A stretch of 64,000 nt of DNA from Candidatus Kapaibacterium sp. (GTDB taxonomy: Bacteria > Bacteroidota > Ignavibacteria > Kapaibacteriales > UBA961): contig JAXLVN010000003.1 of the NCBI GenBank assembly GCA_046328995.1, forward strand, positions 431,784-495,783, in the 5' to 3' direction. A program made the translations under genes and the position numbers. The notes beneath the pieces were generated by a model. It did no database searches and was not told the DNA's origin. It saw only the letters and a list, made by a program, of their open reading frames with translations. Shown here piece by piece: positions 36,388 through 46,831 of this stretch. Each line of letters begins with the position of its first letter. Positions within the stretch are counted from its first letter, which is position 1.

Positions 36388-39300
36388 ATGAGAATACTTG
36401 GTACTCTTTTGTTCATGGCTTGTATCGTTTTGCAATTAAACGCTAATGCGCAGTCCTCCGGCTGGGCGGATTCGGCGGGCTACAAGCAGCAAATTATGCC
36501 GACGAAGTCGATTCGTCAGGTGCTCTATTCTCCAAGTGGAGACAGACTCTATAGTGTCCATCTCGATACACTCTATAGAATTAGTCATTGGGATGCTGTA
36601 ACGGGGAAACTGCTTCGGAAGCAATCTATTGATTCTTCAGGATATAAGTTACTGTACTCAGTGACAATCGCAAATGATGGATTGACTTACACGGTTTGTG
36701 GTTTGCAGGTGAATGATAGTTGTACAGCTAAAATCTATTCTCTCAACACTGATGTTCTTTTGAATAGCGTAACGTTGAAGTTAAAAAACAGCTCTGAAGT
36801 ACAGGCAAGTACGGCTATCTATGACTCAACGCTTAGAATTTTGCGGGTAAGGTTCGAGGCAAGTGATGTCTATGGCATGCCGCCAAGCGGATCTCGATAC
36901 GGCGGCGTATTTGAATACAGTCTTGTTGATGGTAAACAACAGTTAAAACATTCAGAAAATGGTGTAACGAACAAATGGAGTACTGCTAGTGGAATAAATG
37001 TGTCAGCATGGGTTGGATTTTACCATAAAGTAATACTTAGCTACAAAGGTGAGGTTATAGAAGATACCCGGTGGATGAAATCTATACTTTGGAATGACAC
37101 TATCCCAATTCGAGAAGACCTGCCATTTGATATTCTAGGTTCGCATCCTATATTTAGTCAGTATGCACTGAATTATTTCCCTTTACTTACTCCCGACGGG
37201 AAGCACTTTTGTATGATTGATCATCAGGTGTTGCGTCACAGAACTCTCTCGCCATATGCGTTGGTGTCCACGATTACATTGCCATTTATACCGACTTTTG
37301 CCCAAGTGGCTCCTACGAATAATCATATTCTTATGAGTTCGGGACGTTCTATTATCCTTTATGACATTTTTGCCAATTCTATCACCGATACGCTTTCTCT
37401 GACATTCGAGAGTATTTCGGCGTCATTCAGGCCTCAATCGCATACGGTGGTATTTGCATCACGTGACGGATACATGCGCACTCTTGAGTTGCCTTTTTCA
37501 ATGCCTAGTATTCCCAATGACTTTCGTGCGGACAGTACGACAGCATATACTGATTCTGCCATTACCTTTACCGTGACAACACGCCGAGTACCTCTTCGCC
37601 TTCGATGGGATTTTGGCGATACTACCACGGATTCGACCCTAAGTGTTATTCACCGATATAAATCGCCCGGCACATATTCTGTTCAATTATTTATCACCGA
37701 CTCATCCGGCACGATAGATACGATTATGAAGAAAGACTATATTTCAATACTTCCATCGTTGATTCCTGATTTTAGCGGAACGCCGCAGTATGGCATATCT
37801 CAGCTTGACGTGCAATTCACCGATAAATCCAAAGGGAATATTATTACATGGTTGTGGGATTTTGGAGATAAACAGGTCGATTCCGTGCAGAATCCGAAGC
37901 ATACATACAGTGGTCATCGCTATTACAATGTGACGTTGACTATCAGCGACGGATTTACGGTTGCTACAATTGTGAAACCTATGTTTATCAATCTCGATAC
38001 AATTCCAAGTAACTCGATAATGGTACGGCAAAGGTGGATTTCTGGTGCTCTCTCATATATTGGTACCCCGGGAAATTGGAGGCGAATCGAAAACACATTC
38101 TCAAAAGGAATTCTTGGTAATGATTCCAAACTCTATGTATATAGTCGAGAATGTGGTGTTGAATCGTATAAAGGTCCTGATCCAACTCCTTTAGTATCGT
38201 ATAATTGGCAACAAAGTATTTCGGTATTTGACAGTTCGACAAGTCAGTGGAAAATCGATAAATCCTATTCACCCCCTGATTACTCACCTATGAATATCTG
38301 TCAAGGAACAAACTCGGCATACAGTGGATTCCAAATTATTCGATATAGAAATCGGTATGTTACATCTTTTACTGGCTGGGTGAGGTCATTGTCATATATT
38401 ACCATTCCTTCAATAATGTTCTTTTCTAATGGGCGAGTTTTTACACCCTCCGGCTGGACACATGACTTCAATGGTGCATTTTTGCCGGACGGCACTGATA
38501 TCTACCTCTTCAATCACGGTACTTCTACCTCCATTCAGTTTTTTATTGAAGATAGTGTTCTCATCGCCCGAGACTCGATGGTCGGTGAAGTAATGAAGCC
38601 GCTCGTATCCATTGATTCACAGAATGTTAGTATTATTTCTAACCTTTATTCCGGCAAGGGGGATAGTACGCGATGGATGATTGTACGCACCTATTCATCA
38701 GAAGGGCTGCTGCTTAGTGAGAAGAAGATTGTAAAAACGCGGACTATCCATTTGACTGATGCAGCGAACTTCGGTTTGGGGGATTTTCTAGTCACCGGTT
38801 GGGTTACTTCAACCGACTCTCTTGGAATTAAGCACGACTCCGGGTATATCGCCAAGCTTGGTTCAGACGGTCGCATCGCCTGGGAGTATTGTGCACCAGC
38901 GTGGAAACAATTTAAGAAAATAGAAAAACTCAGCACGGGACACTATGCCGCTTGGGGCATTCCTCTCGATGGATTTAATCATGGTTTCCTTGCTTTCCGA
39001 AGCGACGGAACAATCCTTTCGGACAATCGGCTTGTCGGCGCACAGAACGGATTTTCGCCGTCGGATTTTGTGGTTGGTGCAGGTACCAATTCGCTGTGGT
39101 TCATAGGTTCGGAAAGTGTGCCGAATCAGGGTCAGCGAGCAGCGGTGTATTTATGTACGAATCCCATGTCAGCAGTGACTTCCGTAGCTGAGGGAGAGGC
39201 GTCGGATCGTGCACCGTCAACATTCTCGGCGGAGGTATTTCCGCTTCCTGCCGTTGACCGAATGACGGTACGGCTGAGCATTCCCCGCGCAGCAAACGTG

Positions 39301-39474
39301 CGTGTATCGATGGTATCGGCTCTTGGCACGGAGCAGGAATATCCGGCGGAACATGTCAATGCAGGTATGAATGAATTCACGCTATCGACCGCTGCCCTCC
39401 CGACCGGGATGTACATTCTCTGTATTCGTTTCGATAGCGAAAGGTGCGTGTGTCCGGTAGTTGTCCTTCGATGA
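36388..39474 (+). CDS. Large secreted protein (paralog A) with two PKD domains and a T9SS C-terminal sorting domain
   Basis: Signal peptide; WDFGDTTTDS...YKSPGTYSVQL and WLWDFGDKQVDSV..HTY..YYNVTLTISDG PKD signatures; C-terminal VFPLPAVDRMTVRLS...GMYILCIRFD T9SS CTD. Confidence 0.75.
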   Translation: MRILGTLLFMACIVLQLNANAQSSGWADSAGYKQQIMPTKSIRQVLYSPSGDRLYSVHLDTLYRISHWDAVTGKLLRKQSIDSSGYKLLYSVTIANDGLTYTVCGLQVNDSCTAKIYSLNTDVLLNSVTLKLKNSSEVQASTAIYDSTLRILRVRFEASDVYGMPPSGSRYGGVFEYSLVDGKQQLKHSENGVTNKWSTASGINVSAWVGFYHKVILSYKGEVIEDTRWMKSILWNDTIPIREDLPFDILGSHPIFSQYALNYFPLLTPDGKHFCMIDHQVLRHRTLSPYALVSTITLPFIPTFAQVAPTNNHILMSSGRSIILYDIFANSITDTLSLTFESISASFRPQSHTVVFASRDGYMRTLELPFSMPSIPNDFRADSTTAYTDSAITFTVTTRRVPLRLRWDFGDTTTDSTLSVIHRYKSPGTYSVQLFITDSSGTIDTIMKKDYISILPSLIPDFSGTPQYGISQLDVQFTDKSKGNIITWLWDFGDKQVDSVQNPKHTYSGHRYYNVTLTISDGFTVATIVKPMFINLDTIPSNSIMVRQRWISGALSYIGTPGNWRRIENTFSKGILGNDSKLYVYSRECGVESYKGPDPTPLVSYNWQQSISVFDSSTSQWKIDKSYSPPDYSPMNICQGTNSAYSGFQIIRYRNRYVTSFTGWVRSLSYITIPSIMFFSNGRVFTPSGWTHDFNGAFLPDGTDIYLFNHGTSTSIQFFIEDSVLIARDSMVGEVMKPLVSIDSQNVSIISNLYSGKGDSTRWMIVRTYSSEGLLLSEKKIVKTRTIHLTDAANFGLGDFLVTGWVTSTDSLGIKHDSGYIAKLGSDGRIAWEYCAPAWKQFKKIEKLSTGHYAAWGIPLDGFNHGFLAFRSDGTILSDNRLVGAQNGFSPSDFVVGAGTNSLWFIGSESVPNQGQRAAVYLCTNPMSAVTSVAEGEASDRAPSTFSAEVFPLPAVDRMTVRLSIPRAANVRVSMVSALGTEQEYPAEHVNAGMNEFTLSTAALPTGMYILCIRFDSERCVCPVVVLR

Positions 39475-39630
39475 TGGAACGATGGAATGTTGGAATGTTG
39501 GTAAGATTTTAATGTAGAATAGGTATTATAACAACTTAATGAGAAAAAAGAAAGATAGCGCACTGTTTGAGATATAGTGAAAACTTATTGGAAAGATTAG
39601 TAAAAGCTCCAAGAACTTTCAGGAGAATAT

Positions 39631-42600
39631 ATGAAAATCATTTATCTATTTTTTATAGCCATATTATGCATTGTAGATCATCAATCTTCCAATGCGCAGT
39701 CCTCCGGCTGGGCGGATTCGGCGGGCTACAAGCAGCAAATTATGCCTCTCAAATCTATCATGCAGGTGCAGTATTCACCGGGAGGAGATACGTTGTACAC
39801 GGTGAGCCGGGACTCGCTCTACAGGATCGATCACTGGGATGCTGTGACGGGTAAGCTGCTGAAAAGACAGACAATAGTAGCGAAAAAGTTAGTGAAGATG
39901 CTGTCGGTAACCTTGTCAATGGATAGACAGACTTATGTCGTCTGTGGTACCGAATCAACCAATACGCTTCATTTTCTCATTTATTCAATGACGACCGACA
40001 GCTTGATGTTTGAAATTAAGCCCCAAAGGTCATTTGGCAATAGCAATTCATATGTGGATTGTTCGGGAGATGTCGAGACGTCGTTGGGCATCATTACCAT
40101 ATATTTCACGCTTGTGGATAATCAACTAGGCCCTGATGGTCCGAGCGGTAGTCGTAACGGCCAGATTTCGCGCTACAAAATTCAGGATACTACCCTACAA
40201 TTGATAGGGACGCATTTGGGAGCGGTAAAAAAAGTCGCCTATACACCAAACAAAAACATCTACACATGGATATCCTACCAGGTAGTAAAAAAGTATTTTA
40301 GATCTAGCCTGTTAAACCATTCTGAATCTATGAACTACAACTGTTCAATGAACGATTCTCTTGTGATACAAAACGAACTACAATTTGAATGGGAGGGTTC
40401 TAATGTTGTAAATAGTGATTATGCATTGAGTTATTATCCGGTGCTGACGCCGGACGGTGCACATTGTTTTTTTATAGAAGGACCACATCTGCATCAGTGG
40501 TCAGTGGCTCCTTTTGCATTTCTCTCGACGAAGAATATTGGATTTAGCTCTACGTATGTGCTTGCCGAACCTGAGGGTACCCATGTCATGTTTGTCAAAG
40601 GTAAGACCTTATATTTTTACCATATAGCGTCATCGACAATGTCAGATACCTTTCAATTGACTTCACCACCGGTAATGTGTGCATTCCGTCCAAATACTAG
40701 GGAAATGGCATATTGTACAGCGTCAGGGAACCTATGTATCAGTAATCTCAAGTATCGAATTCCCTCGATTCGTACTACATTTACAGCGACACACACACTT
40801 CTGTACAAAGATTCGACAACAGTTTTCTCCGTAGTCAGGAGCAAGAAGTATCGGCACTATGAGTGGAATTTTGGCGATGGTAGGCTAGGAAAGGGTGAAG
40901 TGGTGCCGCATATATATCAAACGAGCGGAACATATACTATCGTATTGATAGCCACCGACAGTCTAGGGCAGAGTGATACAATAGAGCGCAGAGACTACGT
41001 GCGGGTATTGCCGATGTTAGAACCACGCTTTACCGGCTCGATTCGCTATGGCAACGCTCCTCTTACGACACAGTTTACCGATGAGTCTTTAGGAGCAATC
41101 ACCTCGTGGGAATGGAATTTTGATGATGGAACGAAAGATACTGTGCCGCATCCGAAGCATACTTTTCAGGAACGACGGTATTATTCTATCACATTGAAAA
41201 TCTCGGACGGACTAAGTACCAAAGTGCTGACCAAGTTTGCTTTTGTGAATGCAGATACGATGTATGTGAATACTGTGCGTATTCATACACGACTAATCGA
41301 TGCTACGCAAAATCTAATACGAGGAATAGAAGGGTCATATCAATCCGATGATTGGTATAAAAACAAATATACAAAGGGCGGACTTACGGAAGCAGGAGAT
41401 CTCATTGTTTATAGATCTGAATGTTATACTCGTGTAGGTAGTTATGGTGCTACATTCTATTATCCCAAGCAAGGAATATTGTCAATCTCTGCCGATGCGA
41501 AACAATCAAGTACGTTTTTTTCTCAATTGGCTCATAATCCAAGTTCGTCAAATATTTGTGATATTACTTTTACTAATCCCGGTCAAATGATAATCCGTCC
41601 CCGAGATGGCTCGTATATATCTTCGTTTGATCCAATTTATTGGACTGCACCGAGTGGTCAATCGCCTCATGGAATATATATTTCCAAAGTAGGATTTTTT
41701 AAGCCTATCGGGTGGTCGAGTAATTTCGATGCTGCATTCCTACCGAATGGTAACGATGTGTATGTCTTTCGTACTGTCAAAGGAACAATCATAGATTTCT
41801 TCAAATCTGATACCATCCTCATCGCCCGTGACTCGATGGTCGGTGAAGTTATGAAGCCACTCGTTTCGATTGATTCTCAACAGGTAAGCATCATTTCTAA
41901 TCTCAATTCCGGCACAGGTGACAGTGCTCGATGGATCGTACAGCGGACGTATTCATCAGCAGGACAACTCCTTGAGGAAAAACATATCCTGAAGAATATC
42001 AGCAATGTACGTCTGATGGATGCAGCAAGTCTCGGCTGGGGAGAATTTCTCCTTTCAGGATGGGTCACGACGACCGATTCCCTCGGTGTTCGCCGTGACT
42101 CGGCATACCTCGCCAAGCTTGGTTCTGATGGCCGCCTTGCATGGGAGTATCTGACGCCTACGTGGCGGCAATTCAAGAAAGTAGAAAAACTGAGCACCGG
42201 GCATTATGCAGTCTGGGGAATTCCGCAGGATGGCTTTAATCATGGCTTTGTAGCGGTGAAGAGCGACGGAACAATCCTTTCGGACAATCGGCTTGTCGGC
42301 GCACAGAACGGATTTTCGCCGTCGGATTTTGTGGTTGGTGCAGGTACCAATTCGCTGTGGTTCATAGGTTCGGAAAATGTGCCGAATCAGGGACAACGGG
42401 GAGCGGTGTATTTTTGTACGAATCCCATGTCAGCAGTGACTTCCGTAGCTGAGGGAGAGGCCTCAAACGGCTTTCCGGCATCATTGTCGGCGACGGTGTA
42501 TCCACAGCCCGCCGTTCATAGTATGACAGTACGACTGACTGCGCCGCGAGGAGGAAAAGTTCGGGTTGCAATTGTATCAGCTTTGGGCACCGAACAGGTG

Positions 42601-42735
42601 TATCCGGAGGAAGAAGTCGAAGCAGGGACAAGAGAATTCATGATATCAACAGCAGCATTATCGACCGGAATGTACACACTCTGCCTACGTATGGACGGCG
42701 AAATGTGCGTGCGTCCGGTGGTGGTGGTGCGGTGA
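39631..42735 (+). CDS. Large secreted protein (paralog B of 36388..39474) with two PKD domains and a T9SS C-terminal sorting domain
   Basis: Same architecture as A: WNFGDG..GEVVPHIYQTSGTYTIVL and WEWNFDDGTKDTVPHPKHTF..YYSITLKISDG PKD signatures; C-terminal VYPQPAVHSMTVRLT...GMYTLCLRMD T9SS CTD. Confidence 0.75.
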   Translation: MKIIYLFFIAILCIVDHQSSNAQSSGWADSAGYKQQIMPLKSIMQVQYSPGGDTLYTVSRDSLYRIDHWDAVTGKLLKRQTIVAKKLVKMLSVTLSMDRQTYVVCGTESTNTLHFLIYSMTTDSLMFEIKPQRSFGNSNSYVDCSGDVETSLGIITIYFTLVDNQLGPDGPSGSRNGQISRYKIQDTTLQLIGTHLGAVKKVAYTPNKNIYTWISYQVVKKYFRSSLLNHSESMNYNCSMNDSLVIQNELQFEWEGSNVVNSDYALSYYPVLTPDGAHCFFIEGPHLHQWSVAPFAFLSTKNIGFSSTYVLAEPEGTHVMFVKGKTLYFYHIASSTMSDTFQLTSPPVMCAFRPNTREMAYCTASGNLCISNLKYRIPSIRTTFTATHTLLYKDSTTVFSVVRSKKYRHYEWNFGDGRLGKGEVVPHIYQTSGTYTIVLIATDSLGQSDTIERRDYVRVLPMLEPRFTGSIRYGNAPLTTQFTDESLGAITSWEWNFDDGTKDTVPHPKHTFQERRYYSITLKISDGLSTKVLTKFAFVNADTMYVNTVRIHTRLIDATQNLIRGIEGSYQSDDWYKNKYTKGGLTEAGDLIVYRSECYTRVGSYGATFYYPKQGILSISADAKQSSTFFSQLAHNPSSSNICDITFTNPGQMIIRPRDGSYISSFDPIYWTAPSGQSPHGIYISKVGFFKPIGWSSNFDAAFLPNGNDVYVFRTVKGTIIDFFKSDTILIARDSMVGEVMKPLVSIDSQQVSIISNLNSGTGDSARWIVQRTYSSAGQLLEEKHILKNISNVRLMDAASLGWGEFLLSGWVTTTDSLGVRRDSAYLAKLGSDGRLAWEYLTPTWRQFKKVEKLSTGHYAVWGIPQDGFNHGFVAVKSDGTILSDNRLVGAQNGFSPSDFVVGAGTNSLWFIGSENVPNQGQRGAVYFCTNPMSAVTSVAEGEASNGFPASLSATVYPQPAVHSMTVRLTAPRGGKVRVAIVSALGTEQVYPEEEVEAGTREFMISTAALSTGMYTLCLRMDGEMCVRPVVVVR

Positions 42736-42873
42736 TGGAATGATTGCAGAGAGTTATGCGGAGCGTACAGATAGAGGCTGGTGTTTTGAGTAAATTTAAC
42801 GTCCGCGATTTCGGCAAATCTCCGTAATTTGCACCTGAAATTACATTGTTATATTCTCAGTACGGAGTTGATT

Positions 42874-43374
42874 ATGTTTCGAAAAATTGACGATTTCCTC
42901 AGCAGCTGGACGCATGAACATGATGCGACTATGAAGGTATTGCAAGCACTTACCGATGACTCGCTCTCGCAGCGCGTCTATGACGGCGGACGCACACTCG
43001 GCTATCTTGCCTGGCATATTACCCTCACTCTCTCGGAAATGATGAATCGCACCGGCCTCATCGTCCAAGGACCCGCCCACGATGCACCTGCTCCATCGTC
43101 AGCCGCCGATATTGCTGCTGCATACTCTGCGTCCTCGGCGTCGCTCGTCCAAGAAATTAAGGATAAATGGACCGATGAGACCCTTACTGAAACAGATGAC
43201 ATGTATGGTGAAATATGGCCACGCGGCATTACTCTTGCTGTGCTGATCAATCATCAGGCGCATCACAGAGGACAAGTTACCGTGCTCATGCGTCAAGCCG
43301 GACTCAGCGTTCCGGGCGTCTATGGTCCGTCGAAAGAAGAATGGGTGGCCTATGGTATGGAGCCGTTAAACTAA
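42874..43374 (+). CDS. DinB/YfiT-like (DinB_2) metal-dependent hydrolase superfamily protein
   Basis: About 166 aa four-helix-bundle type with His ligands (..LAWHITLTLSE.., ..INHQAHHRGQ..). Confidence 0.55.
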   Translation: MFRKIDDFLSSWTHEHDATMKVLQALTDDSLSQRVYDGGRTLGYLAWHITLTLSEMMNRTGLIVQGPAHDAPAPSSAADIAAAYSASSASLVQEIKDKWTDETLTETDDMYGEIWPRGITLAVLINHQAHHRGQVTVLMRQAGLSVPGVYGPSKEEWVAYGMEPLN

Positions 43375-43498
43375 GAAAATAGAGCTCAATCTCCATGGCT
43401 CTGCGAACTTTGCGAACCCCTTGCAAACTTTGCCGTTAAAAGTCGGTTGACTATTCTAAAATTTATATAATTGATAGTATAGAGGTTCAAAACTGCGT

Positions 43499-44506
43499 AT
43501 GAAAATAGCGATACTAACCGGTGGTGGTGATTGTTCGGGAATGAATGCTTTTGTGCGGGCTGCTGCACGTTCGGCGCTGAATATGCGCGCGGAAACCTCC
43601 GTTTGGGGTGTCATTGACGGATGGAAAGGGTTGATATATAATAATTACCGTAAATTGGACAAGCTCGCCGTCGCCGGAATCGCCTCCTCCGGCGGAACAA
43701 TCCTCGGCACCGTGCGCGTACCCGAGCTCGCGACGGACACTTCCCTTCAGGAAACCATTGCCCAAAATCTCCATGATAATCACTTCGATTATCTGCTCGT
43801 CTGCGGTGGCAATGGCAGCGTAAAAGCTGCGAATACCATCAATTCTGTTATTCATCGTGAAGGTTTGCGCACGAAAATCCTCGTCGCGCCGGGTTCGATT
43901 GATAATGATGTAGCCAATAACACAGGTTCGTCCCTCGGCTTCTACAGCGCGCTCGACAAAAGTCTGGAAATGCTTGAATGGATTCGGGATACAGCCAGCG
44001 CGCACCGGCGCGTGTATCTCATTAAATCGATGGGACGTGACTCGGCGTACTTGGCGTATTATGCCGGAATTGCCACGGGCGCTGAATATGTAATTTGTCC
44101 AAATGAAAATGTAGATTACGAGCTCGTCGCCTCCATGATCGACGAACGTGACCGCGATACGAGAATCATCGTCGCCGAAGGATACGAAAAATCCGTCAAC
44201 GAAATCCGGGAAATCCTCGAACAAATCTTCCGCAAGCGGAATCAAATCCACGAGATACGCACCGTGGACATGAGTTACTTCCAGCGCGGCGGCAAAGCAG
44301 CAGTCACGGATATTCTCCGCGCAAGCTGGGTAGCATTCCGCATGGTAAAAGATGCGTTTAATAAATGCGGGAGTGGGTTTTATACTGCTTTTTATACCGG
44401 ACACAAGCCGCCGGTAATCCCGCTCGACATCGCTGCTGATGACTCGCAGACAAGCCATATCGATATACCGGATGATATTCTGGAATTGGCGCTGGCGCTG
44501 CGGTAA
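43499..44506 (+). CDS. pfkA: ATP-dependent 6-phosphofructokinase
   Basis: MKIAILTGGGDCSGMNA...; ..LLVCGGNGS..; ..PGSIDND.. catalytic motifs; 335 aa. Confidence 0.85.
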   Translation: MKIAILTGGGDCSGMNAFVRAAARSALNMRAETSVWGVIDGWKGLIYNNYRKLDKLAVAGIASSGGTILGTVRVPELATDTSLQETIAQNLHDNHFDYLLVCGGNGSVKAANTINSVIHREGLRTKILVAPGSIDNDVANNTGSSLGFYSALDKSLEMLEWIRDTASAHRRVYLIKSMGRDSAYLAYYAGIATGAEYVICPNENVDYELVASMIDERDRDTRIIVAEGYEKSVNEIREILEQIFRKRNQIHEIRTVDMSYFQRGGKAAVTDILRASWVAFRMVKDAFNKCGSGFYTAFYTGHKPPVIPLDIAADDSQTSHIDIPDDILELALALR

Positions 44507-44539
44507 AGTATTTAAATTGTTAGAAATAGTAAGAACGAT

Positions 44540-44646
44540 TGTCATTCTGAGTGAGTCTTCGAACGAAGAATCGTACCTTGCTTTATGTCATGCTTGACGT
44601 TACTTCGAGCGTCGATTCTTCGTTCGACGACTCCCTACCAATGACA
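44540..44646. repeat. Long imperfect inverted repeat (34-nt arms, 39-nt spacer) downstream of pfkA; a possible bidirectional terminator or structured RNA
   Basis: tgtcattctgagtgagtcttcgaacgaagaatcg ... cgattcttcgttcgacgactccctaccaatgaca; the inner 15 nt are a perfect complement. Confidence 0.55.
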
Positions 44647-44683
44647 GTTTTATAACTTGTTCTTTTTATATGACTTGCATTTG

Positions 44684-44790
44684 CTGTGACAGAAAGAGTT
44701 TCCCACAGAGTTTCACAGAGTTTTTCACAGAGTTCACAGCGGAATACTGCTGAGTGTGACTCTGTGAGCATACCCTGTGTAACCCTGTGG
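44684..44790. promoter_or_regulatory. Cluster of direct and inverted TCACAGAG / CCCTGTG motifs about 150 nt upstream of the ABC-2 permease gene; a candidate multi-site regulator binding region
   Basis: ctgtgac..cccacagagtttcacagagtttttcacagagttcacagc...gtgtgactctgtgagc..accctgtgtaaccctgtggg. Confidence 0.35.
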
Positions 44791-44931
44791 GAGGATTTCT
44801 TCCGACTACATATAGCGGGATCCTCTTTTGCAAGTACTTGCTGTGTCATTACTTGCTTTTTTGAAAGTCTTTAATTAGGCCTTCAGAACGACATGCATGA
44901 GTAATTGTAGAGTAATGTTTGGTAAATACTT

Positions 44932-45750
44932 ATGAAGCCATTGCCCATCCGAAAATACCTCGCCGTTCTCCGCGTGGGCATTTCCCGCACGATGGAATAC
45001 CGCGTGAATCTTATCGCGAGTTCACTCTTGTGGACCGTGATTTCCGTTTTTGTACAGGCAAGCGTATGGAAAGCGGTATATTATTCCTCCGGCAAGCACG
45101 TAGCCGGCGTTTCTGCTGACACCATGCTTCTCTACATCGTTTGTGCGTCGCTGTGCCTGGCGTTTACTCATTCCAAAAGCGTTGAACGCACGGCGGCGGA
45201 GGAAATCCGCAATGGCGAACTCAACAAATACCTCCTCAAGCCGATTTCCCATCTTTTGTATACGTTTTCCGCTTCGATTGCCGACCGCGCATCGACGGTG
45301 ATTTCGATACTTGTGCTTTCGACGGCGGTGGCTGTGCCGCTTGTACTGTATGGTGTAATTACTTTGTCCATAGCAAGTTGCGCCATAGCTGTCGGATTCC
45401 TGTTTCTAGCCATCATCCTCCGTTTTTTAATGAGTATGATGATCACCTACATCGCATTTTGGCTTGACGAGACATGGACGTTCCACGTTGTGCTCGATAT
45501 TTGCCTCTGGTTTTTATCCGGCATGATGCTCCCGATGAGTATTCTTCCCGAATCGGTGCGGCATGTGTCGGATCTCCTTCCTTTTCAATTCCTTGCGTAC
45601 ATTCCCGCGGGCCTGCTCTCCGGCAGTATTCCCATCGTCGATTCGTGGAAATTACTCCTTATTGCCACATCATGGATTCTCATTCTCTGGGCTGCAACAA
45701 TGGCGCTCTGGCGACGGGGGATTGTAAAATTTGGGGCGTATGGAGGGTGA
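44932..45750 (+). CDS. ABC-2-family transporter permease-like membrane protein; no partner ATPase in the window
   Basis: 272 aa, 6 TM; N-terminal ..LRVGISRTMEYRVNLIASSLLW.. resembles the ABC-2 permease family of unknown substrate (COG4587-like). Confidence 0.5.
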   Translation: MKPLPIRKYLAVLRVGISRTMEYRVNLIASSLLWTVISVFVQASVWKAVYYSSGKHVAGVSADTMLLYIVCASLCLAFTHSKSVERTAAEEIRNGELNKYLLKPISHLLYTFSASIADRASTVISILVLSTAVAVPLVLYGVITLSIASCAIAVGFLFLAIILRFLMSMMITYIAFWLDETWTFHVVLDICLWFLSGMMLPMSILPESVRHVSDLLPFQFLAYIPAGLLSGSIPIVDSWKLLLIATSWILILWAATMALWRRGIVKFGAYGG

Positions 45751-45891
45751 GAGAACAAGAATTTATTGGGTTCGCATCATCGAATTCCCAATCACAGTCT
45801 GTGGACACCCGTTGCCGTCCAGGCGTTCAAGAAATTCGGAATACTCTTATAATCTGTTGTAAAGCTTTAGAATATATGACGTTGTTTTTTT

Positions 45892-46819
45892 AATGAAGTT
45901 GTTTAGGATTTCGATTGTAGCTTAAATTTTCCAATTTTCCTTAGAAAGATGACCGAGAAAGCCAACAGATGGAGCGAGAACCATGTATCAGCTTGCGTTT
46001 CGTAGCGTACGAATAACGCTTTATAAGCATCTATCCATGCGTTGGTTCTTTCAATTGCGGTTCGTCGTTTATAGAGCTCTTGATCGACAAACTCTTCGCG
46101 GTCATAGACAGAACCATTACGTGGATTGAGGTCAATATTTGCAATGATACCGTTTTCTTGACATACTTGCCGGACTTCAGCGGTATCAAAGCCTGCGTCT
46201 GCATTGAGAAATAAACCGTCAATTTCAATATCTGCTTCTCGGAGCAGCTTAAAAATTTGATTCATGAATTCAGCAATCTTGTAAACATCGTGATGATTGC
46301 CTTCAATCGGTTGACACACGGAAACAGGTATGCCTGAATTATCCGATAAAAGTAGTATATTCGTTGTGTTACCTGACTTTCGATGCTGATAACCGACCGC
46401 TTGTCCACCGCGTTTGACGAGGGTTTGACTCCCGTCAAGTTGAATACTTGAGAGGTCAAGGCAGTGTTTAAATCGTCGTAGAAGTCCAACCCAAAGACGA
46501 CGAAATGAACCATCAGCAACCCATCTGCGAAAATGGTAATAGACAGTAACCCATCGTAGTTGGGCAGACTCTGCTAACTCTCGCATCGGTAACAAACGCC
46601 ATTGACAGCCCGTTTTAAGGCGATACAATATTGCCTGAACCACCATGATAATATCTTTAGATTTGCTGCCACGGCTGCCAATCGACAGATACGGCAAATA
46701 GTATTCTTCTATATGTGCTCTACTCAACATAGTTCCCTCTTTGATTAATTTAGTTTGTTGTTATCCTAATCTAATCATTTGGGAACTATGTCCTTTAAAA
46801 AATACTAAACAACTTCAAT
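45892..46819 (-). mobile_element. IS5-family (IS4/IS5 DDE) insertion sequence, about 930 bp, apparently intact
   Basis: A single transposase ORF flanked by imperfect terminal inverted repeats aaTGAAGTTGTTTAG (45892-45906) and CTAAACAACTTCAat (46805-46819). Confidence 0.7.
45903..46730 (-). CDS. IS5-family DDE transposase
   Basis: 275 aa with N-terminal ..ILYRLKTGCQWRLLP.. (HTH characteristic of IS5/IS1182 transposases) and a DDE region ..LDGSQT...LLSDNSG...NADAGFD....RTAIERTNAW.. Confidence 0.8.
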   Translation of the reverse strand: MLSRAHIEEYYLPYLSIGSRGSKSKDIIMVVQAILYRLKTGCQWRLLPMRELAESAQLRWVTVYYHFRRWVADGSFRRLWVGLLRRFKHCLDLSSIQLDGSQTLVKRGGQAVGYQHRKSGNTTNILLLSDNSGIPVSVCQPIEGNHHDVYKIAEFMNQIFKLLREADIEIDGLFLNADAGFDTAEVRQVCQENGIIANIDLNPRNGSVYDREEFVDQELYKRRTAIERTNAWIDAYKALFVRYETQADTWFSLHLLAFSVIFLRKIGKFKLQSKS

Positions 46820-46831
46820 GAGAAAAATCAA

